From: Callorhinchus milii | Taxonomy: Eukaryota | Direction: 5' to 3' | Length of the DNA stretch: 64,000 nt | Assembly: GCF_018977255.1 (NCBI RefSeq) | Contig: NW_024704742.1 | Coordinates: 54,190,001 to 54,254,000, forward strand | Shown here: in pieces, positions 50,892 to 63,824 of the stretch | How positions within the stretch are numbered: position 1 is the stretch's first letter | How the letters are laid out: every line of letters starts with the position of its first letter | Notes under the pieces: model-generated | What the model saw: only the letters and a program-made list of their open reading frames with translations | What the model was told of the DNA's origin: nothing | Database searches by the model: none | Translations under genes and position numbers: made by a program

Positions 50892-51498
50892 ACATTTAGT
50901 GTAATTACTATTTTTTATTCATTCATTCATTCTTTCCTATTCCTAAAATATCAGTAAGACTAAATAAAGGCTTCACAGCCCGAACTGTTTAAAGCTTTTT
51001 TTTCCTTTTTTTGCAACATGCGCCTTAAGTTACTTGTATCAAAATGTAATTATGCCCTGCACAAATTGAATGGGTTTTGTGCCACACAAGTGTTGAAAGT
51101 ATATTTAATGTACGTCAAAAACATTTAGGGAGAATGAGACTTTTCTAATATTTCAATTAACCAGCAAACAATATTAATAAGGAGGTTGAATTGACTCAAA
51201 AAAATTTACCCAGAACTGACTGCTGACTGAAAGTGTAAGTGTTTTAGGATTACTGTGCAGCGATTAATTACTTAAAAGTTATGTTATCTCAGTTTATTCG
51301 TGAACTTCCTCGACCAAGAATCTGTATTAAAAAGGCTTATTACTACTTGCCTAATATGCAATTAACCTTTTATGTTTACTTTTGTGGCGGTACTTATTGG
51401 ATCCCTACTGTATCAAGAGTTTATTTTTACTTTAAAATTGCTTCTCATCCTTGGAGACTGGTCTCATTGTGCACACAGTAATGCATTGTATTCTACTT

Positions 51499-51841
51499 GG
51501 TGTCAACTTGGCTGAGTTGTTAGTACTCTCAGCTCCGAGTCATAAGGTTGTGGGTTCAAGCCCCACTTCAGGTCTTTGTCTTATATTTGACTGCATTGGG
51601 CTGTATTGCATTGAAAAAAACATGCTGTCCTTTGGATGAGACATTAAACTGAGATCCCCTTTGCCTGTTGGGGCACATCCTGGTCAACAATCATGGCTGT
51701 TTGTGGGACTTCGATGTGCACAAAATGACAGCTGTGTTCACCTACAAATACAGTCACTGGACTTTACTGTAAATCCTGTGAAGTGAGTTGAAATGTCCTC
51801 TCTACAGGAAAGGCACTATATAATGTGGAAGGATTATTATT
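51499..51841 (+). mobile_element. SacSINE1-like Deu SINE with internal deletions
   Basis: ggtgtcaacttggctgagttgttagtactctc...ggttcaagccccact head, ggatgagacattaaac, Deu core and tail. Confidence 0.7.
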
Positions 51842-52144
51842 ACCATGTTTGCATGTTCCCATTCAATCGAGCAATGAGAAGGGTCACAAGAACTCAGTAC
51901 AAGGATTACAGCGTAAGGAATTTTATTAAAATTACGATTATTATTATTACAACATATTGTACAACACAATGGTCCCAGAGGAGAGGAGCTCAATATCAAC
52001 AGGGACCAGTTTTAGAGTTGGTACTGAGACATTTATATCTTTTTTTTAAAAAATCAATCTAATGCATTTTTCAATTTTAAATTACAACAATAACTTGCAC
52101 TTATATAGTGACCTTCACACAGGCTATTATCTCGGACTGTTTTC

Positions 52145-52482
52145 TAATAATAATAATAATCCTTGCATTTGATATAGCGCTTTTCACGTCTTCTGTCTTC
52201 TTAAACTGGCTGTAGGATATAATAATAACAATATTAATAATACTCTTTGAATTTGATATAGTGCCTTATCATGTATTCAATATGTCTCAAAGCGCTTCAC
52301 AGAATATACTGTAAAGTGAATTGACTATATATTTTGTGGATGAAACCCGGCAGCCAATTGCGCACAGCAGTGTCCCACAAACAGTCGTGGATTGAGTGAC
52401 CAAATTATAATTTTTTTCTCTTGAAGGATTATTATCAGGGGTGTGGAGTAAGGAAACTTGCCCAAGGTTTCACCCAGCTGGG
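52145..52482 (-). mobile_element. SINE tail (52145-52194) and 5'-truncated short-form tRNA-Ala/Deu SINE (52236-52482)
   Basis: Reverse complement of the family sequence. Confidence 0.85.
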
Positions 52483-55400
52483 CCTATAACTATTGAGAAA
52501 TCCTTTTTCTGCACGAAAGTGGCTATTGAGAAATTCCTTTTTTAAACAAAAGCAAAAGCTAGCCATAATCTCAATTGACAAATTATCATAAACTATAAAC
52601 TTGAAGTCATCATATTTATAATATATATATTTATAATATAGATATTCTAGCCTTGAGTTACGAAAAAACTGCAGTTGTAGTGAAAACCAGCCACATGGAA
52701 ACCCTTCCTTATATGAGCTTCCATCATTCTTTATTTCTAGCTTTGTTGTAAGTAATCTTACCAGTTGTCAATGCTGATCTTTACAATAAATATGCTAAAT
52801 CAAGAAAAACATATACTTGGCATATTTTTGAGATACACAGCATCTAGTTTTGGCTTGTCCAACACTTCCACTAAAACTATGGCAGCAAGGAAATCAGGCA
52901 AAATCATTAAATATTCATATACTGAAATCTGTTTTAGAGCAGTCACAACAGATTTTTAGCACTCTGGTGCTGTGAATGGCTGGAAGCACTGTTCTACTGA
53001 TAAGTGCCTAAATCAAATCTTGGCCACTCTCTGTGCTTTTTCCACAAGGAATTCTTTGTTAACAGTAGAGAAATGAAATAGGACCGTTTTCTGCTTTTTT
53101 ACTTTTTTCACAAGCTCTCCCCTCTGGATGCAGCATTGCACTGTGAAAAATGATTGTTGTTTTTCATTAAAATTGTTTATTGTTTTACAATGGCTTTATT
53201 GGGGAATAACATATAACATTTATCACTGCTATTGGGGTCTAATTTGCGGTATTTCGTGGAATAATAGAATTATGGAAATCCACAGCGCGGAGGGATGTCA
53301 TTCAGAACATTGAGTTTGTACCAGTTCTCAGAGCAAACTGTACTTCCACTATCCTGCCCCATCTCCACACCCCTTCAAGTCTCTAACTTTCAAATACCCA
53401 TATTCTTAACAGGATAAGGAATTTGTATTGTGCAAATGGGAAGAACTTCACTCGATTCCAACACAGAAGTTGTGGGTCCATGGGAATTCTAACAGGATTA
53501 CTTATTGTGGAATCCAGTTAAGCAACACTGCAAATTAGAATCCATTGCTGAAGTTGTTCAGAAAGCTAACATGTATTCACTGCAATAGAAATGTGTGATT
53601 CCCCTGTCAAACTGTCTTGGTACCAACAATAAGATATACCTGTATTTAAGTATGAAATGAATGATGTACAGCCCAAAGGCATTATAATCTGGAGCAAAGA
53701 GATTGTACCAAGCACAAGAATTTTATAAATGAAGTGAGACATTACATCATACGGCAAAAGGTTATGGTTTCAAGCACCATGTAGATGCTTCTGATCATAT
53801 TCCAGGCTAACACGCCAGTGCAATACTGGGAAAGATTATGTATTTGTTGAGTATTCTATGACCTATTGATTCAATTGATGTATAAAGTCACTTCTGCCAA
53901 AGAGATCTTCATTCTTACTTATTCACATTAGGAACTTCCAACTGATTAACAGTGGATTGATGTCAAAGGAAGCTTTTCAGTCTTTGATGTACTGCTGACA
54001 ATTATAATAGTCCTCACTAGTACTAGTTATTAACTTTGATACATTGAGTGAAAGGTACCAAGTGTTGCTAAGTGTGGAGTTTTATACAATTATAAGTGAC
54101 AATGTCAAAATCGGTGAAGCTGGTTGCAAGAAGAATTTCACCCCACCTACCTTGAGACGAAGGAGACAGATTGTTAAATGTCAAATGCTGAAGATTTAAG
54201 TCACCAATCTTTAGATTAGTCTTAGCTCTTATGCTTTACCACTTCTAAAAATCTCATTAATTTTACATTAGCATTGCACTCCATCCATTCAGTAAGGCAT
54301 TAGAGAGTATTGAGATCAAAGCAAATAATATGCTGTATTTATACCAGACTTTATTGTTACAAGTGTGCTTTGAGGTTTGAAATAGAATTTGTTCTGCAAC
54401 TCGTGTGCACTAAAGCACCAGGCTCTGCAAACCTTCATTTTCACTTGGATCCACTGGCTCCCTATCCTCCAGCGTTCAAAACCTGCCTTTAGACTTACCT
54501 CTTTAACCACACTTTTGGTTACTTTTTTCACCCCTTCCGTCCCTCCCTCCTTCCCTCTCTTGCTCAGCTTCCATTGCCCTGAGAGCTCAGACTCCCAGTC
54601 AGTTGTCTAAAACACTTTAACTTTGAGATATTCTGCTGATATGAAAGGTGCTAACAAAATATAAAGCTTGTTGTTTTTATACTGTACCTCAAGTGACTAA
54701 AAAATTTCATTTTACATTGTGCAGCAATGGGTTCTTTGAACTCGAATCCAGCCCACCATCGAGCATTACTTAAATCTGCTCAAACACATTCAAAGGTTTA
54801 ATGATTATGGGTCAACAGTGTAGAAAATTACTTACAAATTCAGCGTTAATTAGCAGTGTTGCTTTCAAGAAGCTATTGTTAACATTCACATGAATCATAG
54901 CAAAAGCACCTCTGAGGTTAAAGTTAGAGTGTTTGGACAGAGCAGAAGGAGCTTAGTTCTGCAGCACATGGATTAAGATGTCAAGTGTAGAAAAGTGTTT
55001 TGTTCCCCAACGTTGATATAATTGCAATAGGAACATTGGGATATACAATAACAACTTGCGACACTCACTTGGGCAGCTTCTCAGAGTGCTACCACGCGTG
55101 AAGGGCATTATATAAATGCAAAAGATACAGGAACAGAAAATAAATCATTGCAGTGCATCTGACTGCTTCCATTGTTAATACAAATCAAATTAAATATCAA
55201 AAAGGGTAAGATTTTTTAGAAGCAAGGACTACAGTTTTAGAGGTTTACTATTTTTTACCAGTGGAAGCTAAACCAGGTTATTCTCTTGGAGTTATCACAA
55301 TTCTGCAAGTATTGAGAAGATCCACTGTTAATTTAGTCTGAATTGTTCGATTATTACCAGTTTCTACGTCTAGTTTCAGTCCTGTCTAAATTATTATAAT

Positions 55401-56172
55401 CTTCTGAATTGACCACAGCACAAAAAACAAAAGGTTTGACTGGGCCAGGATGATGATTGCAGCAGCTAGAAATTTAGTTCAGATATTCATGAAGTAGTAG
55501 CTGATTAAATCCTTTTGTCCCAACGTGAAAGGGGCTATACAAATGTAATCTTGTTGTTGTTGTTTTGTAGCCAAAGTGACAGGCATAATTGCCACGTAGT
55601 CACTGAAACAGTAGTGATCTTCACATGTTAATCTGACCAGGCATCTGACATACAACATTTTGGCTAATGTTTTAGTAACTTGAGCTGAGAAAAATGTTTG
55701 CTAAATGTAGGTGGTGATTGCATGAATTCTTCTGTAACTAGTCTCAAATAGCAGTGTGAGAAGGAACTCTTCTTAATGACAATAACAGTCATTTTGCAAC
55801 ACAATGGCAGCTGGACGCTGAGCCAAAATACACAATTGGTATCTCTGTTGTTGATCACAAAACGACAGGGAAAGGACTGAGGCAAACTGTGAGTAACATG
55901 CCCTGATAGTCCATCATACTTAGGAAGGACTTGCTGTTTACAATTCCCTTTTCATCTTTTGCCAATAATTATTTTCAAGGCATCTCTTTCACCTGCCCTG
56001 GCACTGTCTCCAAAGTCAGCGCAAAAGTCTCAGTGCTGTTAAATGGTGATTGGAGCTGGTCTGGGCATTGTTTGGATCTACTGCATTCTCAAGTGATACT
56101 CAGGCGGCATCTGCTGCATCTTAAGCTGTCATTCTAGTACTGGAGAGCAAGGGTTTGATGAGTATCAAGCGA

Positions 56173-56470
56173 TAATAATAATAATAATAATCCTTGCATT
56201 TAATATGCACTTCATCAGGTTGTTGAGACATCTCAAAGCACTTCACAGGATACGTTGTAAAGGGGATTGACTGTGAATTTGGTGGGTGAAACGCAGCAGT
56301 CAGTTCCACACAGCAATGTCCCACAAACAGCTATGAAACGAATGACTAATTTTATTTGGGAAATTGTTGGCTAGGACACAGGAGAAACTCCCTTCTCTTT
56401 TCAAATTGTACCTCAGGATCTTTAACATCCACCTGAAAGGCTGAAGGAGACCATAGTTTAACGTGTCATC
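56173..56470 (-). mobile_element. SacSINE1-like Deu SINE 3' part
   Basis: (TTA)n tail, Deu core and ggatctttaacatccacctga. Confidence 0.75.
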
Positions 56471-57879
56471 GAAAAATATGAAGATAGTACCAAAAATAGC
56501 CAGATTGGTAGCATAACAGTTAAGATCCAGTCATTATAATACTGACTCTGTGCTCCAGAGCTTTCAGAAAAATCAAATCTATGACCCACACTGTGATCAA
56601 TTGTAATTTTCAAGTCAGGGACCTAGATCATTACAAAATATATAGTCACTACACTTTATGATATATCTTGGGAAGTGCTTAGAGACATCCTTCTGATGTG
56701 AAAAGCACTATATTCAAATGAATGCAAGAATTATTATTGATAATATTTAAGTAGATCAGTTGGAGTATCACAACCTTCTTTAACTTTAGAAGGACAAAGC
56801 CTATCTTTGCAGATTGTCATAACATGAAACAGATGTGGTTCTTAATCACTAAAATTAGAATGCAGTGGACTGTTTAGCTCTTGCCGACAGCACCTAATAC
56901 TCTCCATGATTAGATAAACAGGGGGCGTCCCTCTAAGGAGCCTGTGTGCATGCCATTCCAGACACAGGGACATTTCCATGTGTAGCTAGCATACATATGT
57001 GGATCTCTTAGTCTAGTTTACACTCTAAAGAATTTTTCTTCATTTATGGCCCTGCCTTGGGTATCGCGGCTCGGTAGCTACTGGAATCAAGGTATTGACT
57101 CAGGGCGGAGTTGCCTGGACTGGAGCAAGTGTTTGGTGGGCCACTTCTTGACGCCCTAAGAGTGGCCTGCGGGCCACTACATTACACTGGTGCAGTGGCA
57201 CCTCTAGACAACAAACACTTCTCTAAATCTACCCAGTCTAACAGTCAGTATATAATTTGAAACTGTACCTGACTTAAATAATTTCCCGGTCCATTTCAAT
57301 TATACTGAGTCTTAAAGTTCCATAGGGGTTAAGCTTAGTGTTCAAAAAACAATACTCATGGTAATTTTGAACAATTTCCTGATTATCATCCAAATGTCTC
57401 TGTGTGTCAATTATCAGAAATATAGTGTGATTTATCTGGTGTTGCTATATTTAGTGCGAGCTGTACCGGTTGCAGCTTCACTTGCAACTAAATGATCCAC
57501 TATGGAATGTAGATTAACACACAGATAGACACATAGACAGACATTTCACCTTCATCTATACTCATCTGAGAGGACTCGTGTGGGAGGACTAATTTTGGCT
57601 ATGCTGTTCTTTGAGTGGGCAACTCATTTTGGCGCACTGTTGCAGTCCTTTCAGCATTGAAATGCAGCCGCACTGTTCTTTGTTCTTCAGTTTCATTTAA
57701 TGGGCCTTCTCTCTTTTGTCAAGCAGTTTTACTTATCCTTGAAAGATTTTGATTTTCGCTCAGGCATCTTTATCATCATCAATATAAATGTATAATTTAT
57801 AATCACTGGAACGTCCTCCCGATGAGAAAAACACTTTAAAAATGTAATTTTGCTTTGTCTGAGTTCTTTATTTTGTTCC

Positions 57880-58245
57880 CGCCACTGCTTGGCTACTTGC
57901 GTGCTCTGTGGCACAGGATGCTACAGCGCCACGGTCAGCCGGCACGGCCACCAGGTCTAACTCCAGTGCACGCGTATGTGTTCTGTGATGCACGATGCCA
58001 CAGTCCACTTTGACTCAGCGGCCACCAGGTGTAACTGCAGCAAAAAATGCAAAATTGAAATACATTTTAGGTCATAACTCATGAACGATAGGAGATACCC
58101 GAAAACAAATATGCCCATGTCACTCCCAGTAGCAAGACCTTTCCAATGAGGTATGAGTCATATCCCTACGTCAATCGGTTATTGAGATCTTTCTTGAAGC
58201 GCAGACATACATTGTTGTTTTATTAGTATAGAAGAAGATAGAAGA
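57880..58245 (-). mobile_element. Probable non-autonomous Helitron-like element
   Basis: The minus strand begins TC(TTC)TATACTAATAAAAC...TGTATGTCTG, typical of Helitron 5' ends. CpG-rich body. A clean 3' CTRR end was not found. Confidence 0.45.
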
Positions 58246-59704
58246 TTACAATGTATAGCTGCTAGGTGAGCATGTTAAATAAATTATATGTGCTGCAACG
58301 ACAGAGTGTGCAGTGATTTTTGGAGAAGATGCAACAGCAACAACCAGGGTTCTACCCAGATTGGGAATGAGTCATGCACAGAGGTCTATTGAAGGGAGAA
58401 GGAGTTGCTCTGAGAGACGGCAGGTGGGTCTTCAGAGGTTCGATCATTCACATTTAACCCATGAGCAACATCTGTAAAATGTTTGGAGCTGGAAGCTATC
58501 ACAAAGCTGCCCGACCTTATCTTTTGTGAACTTAAAACACAGTGCTGGAAAGCACAGGCACCCCCTGTTGAACTGAGGCTCACTGTAGCTCTGTCCATTT
58601 TTGCATCCAATTCATTTCAAAGACCTGCGGTGGGGTTAGTCAGTTTCCCATGCATGCAGTCATTTGTCAAGTCTCCAGACTTTTTAAACATCCCAACACA
58701 TTATATTTGGTACTAAATGCCTTCCCCCATTTTACACACTAGCATATTTCCACGAGTCTAAGGAGTTATTGATTGGTCACACTTTGCAATTCATCCCAAT
58801 TAATTCAGTGACACAACTGAAAGGAAAAGGCTTTTACTCCACGTGATGAGGATATGTGATGGTGAGGGCAGAACTTTAAATGGCATCTTGGTTGCACGCA
58901 CGATAGATAGGCTTTGTGTACATTATCTGTTCCAAGTTGTAATTATCATGCTACGTGCCCTATTTTTCACCCACAGTATCTCTACAGATATCATGATGTC
59001 ACATGCACACAATTATCATCAAATACAGTCAATACATTGTTTTTAGTACACATTCCCCTTCAGAGCATACCACTTCTGCCTTAGTTACTTCACTGGCCAT
59101 TTTGCAATCCATCCCAATTAATTAATTTGAGTTTGCAGAAGGCATTGACCATCTATGTGAGTAACTTTGTCTTATGCCCTTCTTCACACCAGCGCATAGG
59201 GAATCCTTACCCACCAAAACACCAATCCCTGTTGTGCCAATACAAAAAAAGAATTGTTACAGCTGTGGCAGCTCTCAATAGACATCATCATATTTCACCC
59301 TCCAAAGCTGTATTGCCAGCACCATATGGTATTTTTTATAATAAAGATGATGTTGATCTCATTGAAATACTTATTTGCATTAATTATTGGGGCACTTTCC
59401 TTTTCGGCTGCTTTGCTGATAAATCTAACAGTACAGAAGTAAGGTTGAGCAAGCGGGCCGAATATTCCTACTCTTACTGTTGGAGCTAAATGTTTTATGT
59501 CTTGTACCCACAAGCCTTTATTGTGCCTGGACAAATTGCAGCAGAAACGTGTCCCTGTAGTTATTTTAGGGTAACTATAGTAGTAACTCTGTGTGTTGTT
59601 GCACCAAATGATCATTATCAGATTATTGACCCCTGTTAAAATAAAAGCTTCAAGTAAAATAGTTGCTGTACGATGCAGTTTAGTCCTACAATTTTAATTT
59701 CTTG

Positions 59705-60063
59705 TAATCTTTGCATTTGATATACTGAAGCTCCTTATCACATTGTCGAGACGCCTCAAAGCACTTCACAGGATATTCTGCCAGTACCTTGGGTTAGCAT
59801 CTCAACCGAAGGAAGGCACTTCCAACAATACACTACACTCCCAGCACCACACACTGACAATGCACCACAATCCCAACACTCCAAGGTGCAATGTCGGAAG
59901 TGCCGACCTTCGGATGAGACATTAAACCGCAGTCCTGCCAATATATTCTGTGAAGCACTTTGAGTGCAGTTTAGACTATGTGATTCCAAGTCTCGACATG
60001 GGGTTTGAAACTACAATCTTCTAATTCAGAAACGAGAATGCTACCACTGCACCAGACTGACAC
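59705..60063. mobile_element. Rearranged SacSINE1-like SINE pieces in both orientations
   Basis: Minus-strand tail, then plus-strand tgtcggaagtgccgaccttcggatgagacattaaacc, then minus-strand head. Confidence 0.6.
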
Positions 60064-60460
60064 ACTAATGTTTGAAATACTGCCCTCAGGGTTCAAATCA
60101 CTTTGCAATAAAGATTGATCTGTAGTGAAATGGCGGTAACCAAGTCCATATTAAAAAGTGGAATGATTTTTTAATGTCCTGCTAATTGTCAACATTACAA
60201 ATGTTCCTCACAAGCATTTATACTAAAGCTGCTGTTGCACTGAGTAAGCACATCAGAATAAGGTACATTCATCTGTAACCAAGGACAGTGAATGTCAATC
60301 ATTATTTCTTGTACAAATCCCAAAACCCAGAGAGTTTTTTTTCTTTCTTCAAGCTTCCTGGCATTTGAGCTTTATGCATTTTTTAAGTTGTAAAGATAAA
60401 TATAAATCAAGCCAGGGATTCATGAATAACAAATTCAGAAGCTATTACACTGTACACTGT

Positions 60461-60820
60461 GGAGTCCCATAGCATATTGGTTAGAGCACTTGCTTCGCAA
60501 GCGAGAGGACCTGGGTTCGATTCCTGGGTAGGGCGAAACGTTAGGCAAGTTTCCTTACTCCATACGCCTCTGTTTACCTAGCAGTAAGTAGGAACTCTGT
60601 TGTTAGTCGATTGCTTCTCTGGGGATAATAATCCCTTCAAAAAAAATAATAATTTGCTCACTCAGTCCATGATTGTTTGTGGGACAGTACTGTGCGTAAT
60701 TGGCTGCCGCATTTCGCCCAAAAATATAGTCAATTCACTTTACAGTGTATTCTGTGACGTGCGTTGAGGCATACCTAAGTTCACGATAAGGCACTATATG
60801 CAAGGATTATATTATTATTA
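60461..60820 (+). mobile_element. Full-length tRNA-Ala/Deu SINE, long form
   Basis: Head with CGC anticodon loop, long internal segment, Deu core and tail. Confidence 0.9.
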
Positions 60821-61369
60821 CATGATGGTGAGCTGCAGAGATTTTGGAGTGATATTGAATGCACAACAGTATTTCACTTTTTAAAAAAAACCTGGCAAGT
60901 TACATGAGAGAAATATATCTTGCTTAATTCTGAGTAAAGGTTGAATCTGTTAAATAGTCTAATGCTTGAATTTTTTCATGGTTACTTATTTGCATTGCAT
61001 CTTGCATTTCCAGCCCTCTTTGCTATTCTATAAGCTGTCTTAGAACGTTAAATTTAGAGTGACCCAGCAAAGCATGGAAGACCAGACCAGCACTTCAAAT
61101 CCTCATGTGATGGGTTAATAGGATAGCAGCATTAAGTTACATCTCAGCTGTATCTTTATAAGGAAGTGTCCGGAAGAGGCTAAGTGTCTGGGTGAAATTT
61201 TCACACTTTTCAGCGACTGCACGCAGAGCAGTGATTTGGAATATGTTAACCAGCTCTTAATTAGGATCATTGGGGTTCATTGGGTGAGTTGTTCAAACCA
61301 TGTGTAAATGCATGTGTATCAGGTATCAACTTGCCTCAGTTGTTTCTGGGCTTAGAAGGCTATTAATGC

Positions 61370-61820
61370 AAGCTCAAGTTCTAGGAATTGAGCTCCTAGA
61401 GCTAGGCTGATAGTCTAGTACAATTTTGGGGCTGCACTGTATTGTCAGAAGTGTCATCCTTTGGATGAGACAAAAGGTCCCCCCTGTCTTTTCCATTGTC
61501 ATTCTGTAAAGAGACGTTCTCCCGGTGTCCTGGCCAACAATTATTTTGCTGTGCGCAAAAAAGCTGTTGTAATTACCTTCTATAAATAGCCACTACACTT
61601 GACAGTAATGTATTATTAGATGTATTTAAGGGAAAGCTAGATAGGTACATGAGGGAGAAAGGAATAGAAGGTTAAGTTTGAAAGCTTAGTTGAGGAAGGG
61701 CAGGAGGAGGCTCATGTGGAGCATAAACACATCATAGACCAGTTGGGTCGAATGGCCTGTTTCTGTACTGTATATTCTAATGTATTCTAATAAATGTAAT
61801 ATGCTGTGAGATGCTTGACT
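61370..61820 (+). mobile_element. Old SacSINE1-like SINE interrupted by a CR1 3' UTR (about 61615-61795)
   Basis: SINE body, then tttaagggaaagctagataggtacatg...gggtcgaatggcctgtttctgtactgtatattct, then the SINE tail resumes. Confidence 0.65.
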
Positions 61821-62240
61821 TTAAAGGTCCTACACACATAATTGTTTACATTTGTGTAAACCACGTCAAGCTTGGGGAGTACAAGAGACGAGAGAAGCTA
61901 AATTGAATGGAAACTTACGAAAGCCTCTGCAGGAAACCTCAGTCAATATAACGTCGAACATTCCTCTGTTATTATAACCTTGCACATTCCTCCATCAAAA
62001 TAAGAAGGTAAAGAAGATAACTTTACTGTTAAACATCTGCATTGTTGAATATTCGTCCAAGGATGAGCCTGTAGACTTCCTTTGTACTTCCAGCTGATTG
62101 TTATGGGTGACAGTGTCATTTCTACCGAGGAGACGTTTTAGTGAGAAGAGTGAAGTGTGAAGGTTAACTTTCTGCTACTGTTTTACAATAGAAAAAAAAG
62201 CTTATTACCAATGTGTGCTGCAGAAAATATATTTTAATAT

Positions 62241-62601
62241 GAAGTCCTATAGGTCATTGGTTAGAGCATTCGCCTCGCAAGCAACCTGGGTTCAATTCCC
62301 AGGCAGGGCGAAACGTTGGGCAAATTTCCTTACCTCACATGCTTCTGTTTACCTAGCAGTAGCAGGAACCCGGTTGTTGATTGGTGGCTCACTTTTCTGG
62401 GGGGAATAATTCCCTTCCAGAAATAATAAAATTTGGTCACTCAATCCACGACTATTTGTGGGACACTGCTGTGCGCAATTGGCTACCGTGTTTCACCCAC
62501 AAAATATAGTCAGTTCACTTTACAGTATATTCTGTGAAGTGCTTTGAGGCATCTCAAAGATGTGGTAAGGCGCACTATCAAATGCAAGGATTATTATTAT
62601 T
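62241..62601 (+). mobile_element. Full-length tRNA-Ala/Deu SINE, long form
   Basis: Collinear with 60461-60820. Confidence 0.88.
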
Positions 62602-63419
62602 AATGATTTTATTCGCTTTTAGACTACTGAACCAATTAAATGTTAAAGTAGCACAGTATTAACTACAGTGCATTTGCGCTACTGTAGTACATTGAAAATG
62701 TATCTGTGCCTATTGTGTTGCCATAAATAGCAATCAGGAGTGGACAAGAAAGAAATGGAAATAAACTCTGTATTATTAGGGAACTGTTTACAAGACATGG
62801 TAGTAAAGTACGAAAACCTGTGAGCTGTATACATAAACCTTCTAAATGCATTGAGCATGCAATATTAAACCATTAGACCCTGCGTAGCTTTTCCTTAAGG
62901 TTTGGCCTCTTCCTGGATACTTTTACAGTTTCTATTTTATTACATTGTTTTCATAATTGATAGTATCCTCCTGATTAAATGAATATGTCTGGCAGTAGCT
63001 TGAGGAACTTTAGTGTAATGCTCTTTGGTTATTGGTCTGAAGCAAGTTCTTAACATTGTTGTTTAAACCATCCCCTGTTAAACACTGTAAGAGACAAAGG
63101 TATTTCATGCAGGAAATAAGCTATTAACTCCAAAGGGTATTTTATGAATGAGCTCATATTTATCGTAACACCAGAAAACGTATCGATGAAGAAAATAGAA
63201 TTCTGTTTGAAGAGCTTTGTAAACATATTTTTAATAATGTGAAAGCATCTCCAGTTAATCCCTGCATAGTTTTTCTTTGACAAAAAATGTTGGAATTTGC
63301 CATTCAAATTTTTCTTCTTATCGTATCAAGATCTTTTCACGCATATTGGAACACTTATTGCATATTGTCACTTCCTGGAAAATATCAGTTGTTTCTTACA
63401 CAATGCACAGTACAATACA

Positions 63420-63548
63420 GGTGTCAACCTGGCTATGTTGGAAGTGCTTATGCTTCTATGTCATGAAGTTGTGAGTTCAAGCCCCACATCGAGACTTCAG
63501 CTCACAGAGTCAAGACTGACATACCAGTGCAACACTGGAGAATGCTCT
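63420..63548 (+). mobile_element. Head of a SacSINE1-like SINE
   Basis: ggtgtcaacctggctatgttgg...gagttcaagccccac matches 51499 onward. Confidence 0.6.
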
Positions 63549-63824
63549 AATATCTTTTAAATACATTGATCATTCAATTTATATCTCAGCTATCTAGTGA
63601 AAATAACTTCCACATTTGCGTACAAAAGCAGTTGCTACAACTGACAGTAAGGTGCTATAAAGATGAAAGTATTTCTCGTTCTATAACAACAAGCAAAGTT
63701 AGTCAAGATCAGGAACATTGCTTTAAATTGTTGTGAAATTACGGTAGAATTGTTTTAATTACTGGACTTTGAATTCTTTAATATGCATTATTTTATCCTG
63801 AATCTTGTCTCATACTTCAAAATA

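Noticed and set aside
57160..57210. ggcctgcgggccac...tctagac as the missing partner end of the hAT element at 30048
   Set aside because: No matching terminal inverted repeat, the target duplication differs, and it is 27 kb away.
58770..59125. About 25-30 nt similarity (tttgcaat.catcccaattaatt) at 58783 and 59101
   Set aside because: Similarity does not extend convincingly, so the origin cannot be assigned.
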